This document shows positions 59,609 to 64,000 of a DNA stretch of 64,000 nt, one piece after another. Below the pieces are notes generated by a model. That model did not search any database, was not told the origin of the DNA, and saw only the letters and a list, made by a program, of their open reading frames with translations. How positions within the stretch are numbered: the stretch's first letter is position 1; every line of letters starts with the position of its first letter. Origin of the DNA: an uncultured Bacteroidales bacterium (GTDB lineage Bacteria; Bacteroidota; Bacteroidia; Bacteroidales; VadinHA17); assembly GCA_963789465.1 (NCBI GenBank), contig CAWBLL010000019.1, positions 923,060 to 987,059 of the forward strand, given 5' to 3'. The position numbers and the translations under genes were made by a program.

Positions 59609-60031
59609 ATGAAAAAAGACAGCAGATCGGTCAGAATCAGGGTGGAACAGATACTTTTCCGATTTCAGGATCAACCAATGAAGAGCTTCATGGCCTTTTA
59701 CAGAGCAGGCGACCATGGCGGAGGCGCAACTAAGGAAAATATTCAATCGATTGAAGAGTTAAATGCAGACAGCAAGGCTCCTTCCCTTTTTTTCCGACAA
59801 CTGACAGCTATTTCAGGGAATCCTGATGTATCTGCCCTTAAGCAATCTGAAAATGGTGATGATATAATTGTCAGGATTGTTGAAACATCCGGAGAACCTG
59901 TTTTTGCATCGATCAATATGCTATTTGCAGGCAAGACCCGGACATGTAATTTCAGACCATATGAGATTAAGACACCCAGGTATTCCGGAAAATCCGGTGA
60001 CCTTAAAGTTGTTACACTTTTGGAAGAATAG
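59609..60031 (+). pseudogene. Probable relic of a GH38 alpha-mannosidase (internally deleted remnant)
   Basis: The 140-aa ORF contains GDHGGGATKENI (GH38 central-region-like). It also has C-terminal-domain-like segments SENGDDIIVRIVETSGEP, FRPYEIKT and VTLLEE. It is far too short for a GH38, which exceeds 800 aa. Confidence 0.4.
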
Positions 60032-60089
60032 GTGCATTTTTATTTCCGGTAAAATAATCCTGATTAATTATAAACTTAAAAATTACATT

Positions 60090-61241
60090 GTGAACAAATC
60101 AAAAACTGGACTTGGAAAGACACTCCCTGTGTTTATGTCATTCATTGTTATGGGGTTCGTCGATATTGTAGGTGTTGCTACAGGATTTATTAAAAAGGAT
60201 TTCGGACTAACCGATGATCTTGCCCAGCTGATTCCTTCCATGGCACTCTTCTGGTTTTTTGTAATGTCAGTCCCTTCAGGCATTCTTCAGGATAAATACG
60301 GGAAAAAGAGAATGCTTAACATTGGCATGCTGCTGACCGGGCTGGGTATGGTGATCCCGTTCTTCTACTATTCATTCCCAACGATGCTTGCTGCATTTAT
60401 AGTGCTCGGAATAGGCAATACAATTGTTCAAGTCTCTGCAAATCCACTTCTTCACGATGTGGCTCCGCGCGTAAAATATGCCAGCTATATGAGCCTTTCC
60501 CAGTTTATTAAAGCTATCGTGTCGCTTCTGGGTCCTATTATTACAACTATGATGGCTGCTGTTTTTGGCAACTGGAAGCTTGTTTTCGGAATTTATGCCC
60601 TTACCTCCGTACTATCTGTGATATGGCTTTATCTTACAAATATTGAAGAAAGTACATCAGTACACAGTGCAGCGACTTTCAGGAGTTGCTTCAGTTTGCT
60701 TAAAAACAGATTTATTGTGGTGATGGTACTTGGAATATTTATGCTTGTAGGCTGTGATGTTGCAATGAATTCCAACATAGCAAACTTTTTGCAGAATAAT
60801 TTTGGACTTACCCTTGAAAGGGCTTCACTCGGAATCAGTCTTTATTTTGCCGCACTGATGATCGGAAGGTTTTCCGGAGCAATAATCCTGAACTGGATTT
60901 CATCGCGGAAATTTCTTCTCCTCACGGCTGTCGTTGCCCTGATAAGCCTTCTTGCCATGCTTGTTGTAAAGTCCGTGTTTGTGGTGCAGATTGCAATATT
61001 CATGGTAGGACTTGGATCCGCCAATCTTTTCCCCCTGATCTTTTCGATTGCGGTCGAAAAGATGCCTGACAGGGCAAATGAAGTCTCAGGACTCATGATA
61101 ATGGCCGTTTCAGGTGGCGCATTTTTACCTCCGATTATGGGCCTTGTAAGTACATTTGTCGGGATAACTGCAAGTTTTCTTGTCCTCGTTGCTGCGATGA
61201 TCTATCTCGTTGGAGCCGGATTTTATTCCCAGAAAACATAA
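60090..61241 (+). CDS. MFS sugar transporter (FucP/GluP-like)
   Basis: Polytopic ORF. FVMSVPSGILQDKYGKKRML parallels the transporter at 13495-14760. The start is uncertain: GTG 60090 or ATG 60135. The track start 59868 overlaps the relic ORF and is not membrane-like. Confidence 0.8.
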   Translation: MNKSKTGLGKTLPVFMSFIVMGFVDIVGVATGFIKKDFGLTDDLAQLIPSMALFWFFVMSVPSGILQDKYGKKRMLNIGMLLTGLGMVIPFFYYSFPTMLAAFIVLGIGNTIVQVSANPLLHDVAPRVKYASYMSLSQFIKAIVSLLGPIITTMMAAVFGNWKLVFGIYALTSVLSVIWLYLTNIEESTSVHSAATFRSCFSLLKNRFIVVMVLGIFMLVGCDVAMNSNIANFLQNNFGLTLERASLGISLYFAALMIGRFSGAIILNWISSRKFLLLTAVVALISLLAMLVVKSVFVVQIAIFMVGLGSANLFPLIFSIAVEKMPDRANEVSGLMIMAVSGGAFLPPIMGLVSTFVGITASFLVLVAAMIYLVGAGFYSQKT

Positions 61242-61252
61242 TACCATAATTG

Positions 61253-63154
61253 ATGAAAAAAGAGAAACTGCAGAAAATCATTGATGATATAAGCTCAGCC
61301 AGTATTGCCGTGATTGGTGACTTTTGTCTTGATGCCTATTGGTTTATCGATGAAACCATGAGTGAGATTTCGATTGAGACAAATGAAATGACCCGGCCCG
61401 TGGCGAACCAGCGTTATTCTCCCGGAGGTGCGGGCAATGTCACTAATAATCTTGCAGCGATGGGGATTAAGGATATCCGGGCATTTGGTGTCATCGGAAC
61501 CGATCCCTTCGGAGCTGAAATGGTGAGAATAATGCAGGCAACAGGGATCAATGCCGAAAACCTGTTAATACAGAAAGAATCATGGCATACACACACATAT
61601 GCAAAACCCTATATCGGTGACAGGGAACTGAACCGGGTCGATTTCGGTAACTATAATAAACTTGCCGAAGAAACTGCTAACCAGCTGATCAGCAATCTGA
61701 AAAAGACGATCACTGAAGTCGAAGTAATAATAATAAATCAACAGGTACCTTCAGGTATTCATACTGACTACTTCAGACCTCTTCTTGCAGAAACCATTCT
61801 CCGGTTTCCTGAAAAGATATTCATTGCTGACAGCCGGAACTTTAATGACTTTTACAACGGAGCCATACGCAAGATGAATGATACCGAGGCAATGAGACTG
61901 TGCGGAATTATTAGGCAACCTGATGAAGCTATACCTCATTCTGAAATAATCACTGCAGCCGGCGTATTATATGAGCGTTACAGGAAGCCACTTTTTATTA
62001 CAAGAGGCAGCAGGGGTTCCCTGACTATTGACGAGAATGGAATATTCGAAATACCAGGACTGATGATACTCTCACGCGTTGATACTGTCGGCGCAGGCGA
62101 CAGCTACCTTGCCGGGGCGGCTTCGGCACTGGCCGCAGGCTATGGCATGGCTGAAGCTGCCACACTGGGAACATATGTTGCAGGAGTAACCGTACAGAAA
62201 CTTTTTCAGACTGGAACTGCTGCTCCCGGGGAGATCCTGGCCATCGGAGGAGATCCTGATTTCATATTCTCCGCTGAGCTTGCGGAAGATCCCAGACAAG
62301 CAACCTACCTTGAGAACACAGAGATTGAGATTATCAACAGATGGAAGAACCGGCCGGCTATCAGATATGCAATTTTTGACCATGACGGAACAATATCTAC
62401 CCTTCGGGAGGGCTGGGAGCTGATAATGGCTCCCGTAATGATAAGGTCTATACTGGGAAAACAATATGATGATGCTGATGAATCACTCTATAATAAGGTA
62501 AAGATGAGAGTGGCCGGATATATTGACAGGACAACCGGGATCCAGACACTTGTACAGATGAAAGGCATGCTCGGTCTGATAAAGGAGTTTGGCTGCGTTC
62601 CCGAATCGGAGATGCTAGATGAGTTTGGATACAAGAAGATCTATAATGACGAATTGCTGAAAATGGTGAAAGGGCGTGAGAAGAAGTACAACTCAGGAGA
62701 GTTGTCGCTTGACGATCTCACTATGAAAAATGTCATCCCTTTCCTTCAAAATCTTTATGCTTCCGGAGTAAAACTTTACCTTGCCAGCGGTACTGATGTA
62801 CAGGATGTGGCAACGGAAGCCGGAATGCTTGGATATGACCACCTCTTTGAAGGCAGAATATTCGGAGCGGTGGGAGATATAACAAAAGAGGCAAAAAAAA
62901 TGGTTCTCGACCGTATACTCGATGATATTGGCCCGGCTGCCTCCGGAAAGATTGTTACCTTCGGTGACGGACCCGTGGAAATAAGGGAAACGAATAAAAG
63001 GGGAGGATTGACAATTGGCGTGGCCAGCAATGAACTGCGCCGTTACGGTCTGAACGAAAACAAACGTGCCAGGCTTATCAGGGCAGGGGCTGACATCATA
63101 ATCCCTGACTTTTCCCAGATATCACAGTTACTCGATTTGCTGAATATTAACTAA
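61253..63154 (+). CDS. Fusion protein: RfaE-domain-I-like PfkB carbohydrate kinase plus capped HAD-superfamily phosphatase
   Basis: The N-terminal part IAVIGDFCLDAYW...SPGGAGNVTNNLAAMG and the late DTVGAGDSYLAG match a PfkB/heptose-7-P-kinase-like domain. The C-terminal part has HAD motifs FDHDGT, LASGTD, KEAK and FGDGPVE. ATG 61253 is used because the track start 61250 is a TTG. Confidence 0.8.
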   Translation: MKKEKLQKIIDDISSASIAVIGDFCLDAYWFIDETMSEISIETNEMTRPVANQRYSPGGAGNVTNNLAAMGIKDIRAFGVIGTDPFGAEMVRIMQATGINAENLLIQKESWHTHTYAKPYIGDRELNRVDFGNYNKLAEETANQLISNLKKTITEVEVIIINQQVPSGIHTDYFRPLLAETILRFPEKIFIADSRNFNDFYNGAIRKMNDTEAMRLCGIIRQPDEAIPHSEIITAAGVLYERYRKPLFITRGSRGSLTIDENGIFEIPGLMILSRVDTVGAGDSYLAGAASALAAGYGMAEAATLGTYVAGVTVQKLFQTGTAAPGEILAIGGDPDFIFSAELAEDPRQATYLENTEIEIINRWKNRPAIRYAIFDHDGTISTLREGWELIMAPVMIRSILGKQYDDADESLYNKVKMRVAGYIDRTTGIQTLVQMKGMLGLIKEFGCVPESEMLDEFGYKKIYNDELLKMVKGREKKYNSGELSLDDLTMKNVIPFLQNLYASGVKLYLASGTDVQDVATEAGMLGYDHLFEGRIFGAVGDITKEAKKMVLDRILDDIGPAASGKIVTFGDGPVEIRETNKRGGLTIGVASNELRRYGLNENKRARLIRAGADIIIPDFSQISQLLDLLNIN

Positions 63155-63160
63155 TCGTCT

Positions 63161-64000
63161 ATGCCTTACCCCAAATTCGACAGGAACCGGCTCCTTATCA
63201 GGAAACTGGACCTCAGAAAGAACAAGATCTATATTGAAAGCGGTAATATTCCCGTTACCCGTTCGCCTGCCGGTATTATGGATACGGGAAAAGTTCTTAT
63301 TGACAAAACAGTAAAAAGGATCTGCGAAGCAAGAAAAATGAACAGATCCGTCATGCTCACTTTCGGGGCTCATACGATAAAAAACGGAATGTCCCCTACT
63401 CTCATAGCATTGATGGAGGAGGGATGGGTTACTCACCTCTCTACAAACGGAGCGGGTATTATACACGACTGGGAGTTTGCATACCAGGGAAAATCCAGTG
63501 AGGATGTCAGGGAAAATGTGGATCAGGGTCAGTTCGGGATATGGAATGAGACAGGTTTTTATATAAATCTGGCGCTTATCGTAGGTGCCCATGAGGGACT
63601 TGGGTACGGTGAATCAATCGGGAAGATGATATCGCGTGAAGGATTGGAGATTCCTGATGAAGCTTCTTTGCAGGATGAAGTTGTCAGGATGACCGGAACA
63701 GATCACGACAGAGCGGCGGCAGCTCTTGACCTTGCCGGGATGCTGAAGAAATTCGATATCAAACCGGGCTTCATGGTAATTCCTCATCCCTTTAAAAAAT
63801 ATTCCGCACAGGCAAGGGCATATGAGCTTAAAATCCCGTTTACCGGCCATCCTATGATTGGTCACGATATTATCTATAACCATCCGATGAATCATGGAGC
63901 AGCGCTCGGGAGAACTGCATTGAATGACTTTCTCTCATTTACAGATAGCATAAGCAGGTTAGACTATGGGGTTTATCTTTCAGTAGGATCTGCAGTAATG
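63161..64000 (+). CDS. Hypothetical protein, possibly deoxyhypusine-synthase-like fold; 3' end beyond the window
   Basis: An open frame runs from ATG 63161 (6 nt after the previous stop) to the window edge (280 codons). It is absent from the track only because no stop is reached. The segment FGAHTIKNGMSPTLIALMEEGWVTHLSTNGAGIIHDWE resembles the DHS-family core. The functional call is tentative. Confidence 0.7.
   Translation, partial: MPYPKFDRNRLLIRKLDLRKNKIYIESGNIPVTRSPAGIMDTGKVLIDKTVKRICEARKMNRSVMLTFGAHTIKNGMSPTLIALMEEGWVTHLSTNGAGIIHDWEFAYQGKSSEDVRENVDQGQFGIWNETGFYINLALIVGAHEGLGYGESIGKMISREGLEIPDEASLQDEVVRMTGTDHDRAAAALDLAGMLKKFDIKPGFMVIPHPFKKYSAQARAYELKIPFTGHPMIGHDIIYNHPMNHGAALGRTALNDFLSFTDSISRLDYGVYLSVGSAVM

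Overview
This 64 kb window looks like a Bacteroidota chromosomal segment. The evidence is a SusC/SusD pair, many lipoprotein or signal-peptide hydrolases, TAnnTTTG-type -7 boxes and a GldA/F/G-type ABC operon. I support about 47 protein-coding genes, nearly all for glycan, amino-sugar or sugar-acid catabolism. I saw no rRNA, tRNA, CRISPR array, transposase, integrase, reverse transcriptase or recognisable defence or toxin-antitoxin genes.

Layout:
- 0.2-6.6 kb: enolase-superfamily enzyme, acetylxylan-esterase-like hydrolase, M14-like peptidase and ceramidase-like protein.
- 6.6-10.9 kb: gldA-gldF-gldG-DUF4340 operon.
- 11.2-13.4 kb: Gfo/Idh/MocA plus DegT aminotransferase pair.
- 13.5-20.1 kb: MFS sugar transporter, ceramidase-like protein with a nested 5-repeat insert, Tat-signal unknown protein and GH29 fucosidase.
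- 20.3-23.4 kb: DoxX, Tat-exported Gfo/Idh/MocA and PmoA-like trio.
- 23.4-27.6 kb: M20, NAD-epimerase-like, DapA-like and GNAT operon.
- 27.8-33.4 kb: esterase, CBM9-like protein, amidohydrolase and a frameshifted secreted protein.
- 34-57.7 kb: SusC/SusD-led utilisation locus. It carries GH92, GH20, an HGSNAT-like acetyltransferase, a BNR/sialidase-like protein, a NAL-type lyase, an AraC regulator, two paralogous propeller-plus-unknown-domain lipoproteins, an unknown polytopic membrane protein and a beta-propeller::phosphoesterase fusion.
- 57.9-64 kb: ROK kinase, GmhA-like isomerase, a GH38 relic, MFS transporter, RfaE-like kinase::HAD fusion and a truncated ORF.

Most interesting observations:
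- An uncharacterised propeller-plus-C-terminal-domain family is present twice in the PUL.
- A heptose-pathway-like module sits in a catabolic or salvage context.
- A roughly 200-bp degenerate 11-bp tandem array (GTTGATAWWTG) lies upstream of GH92, and its motif recurs upstream of susC.
- A roughly 170-bp heptanucleotide array starts at a stop codon.
- Two probable frameshifts and one gene relic are present.

All functional calls come from reading the translated sequences by eye. No database search was run.
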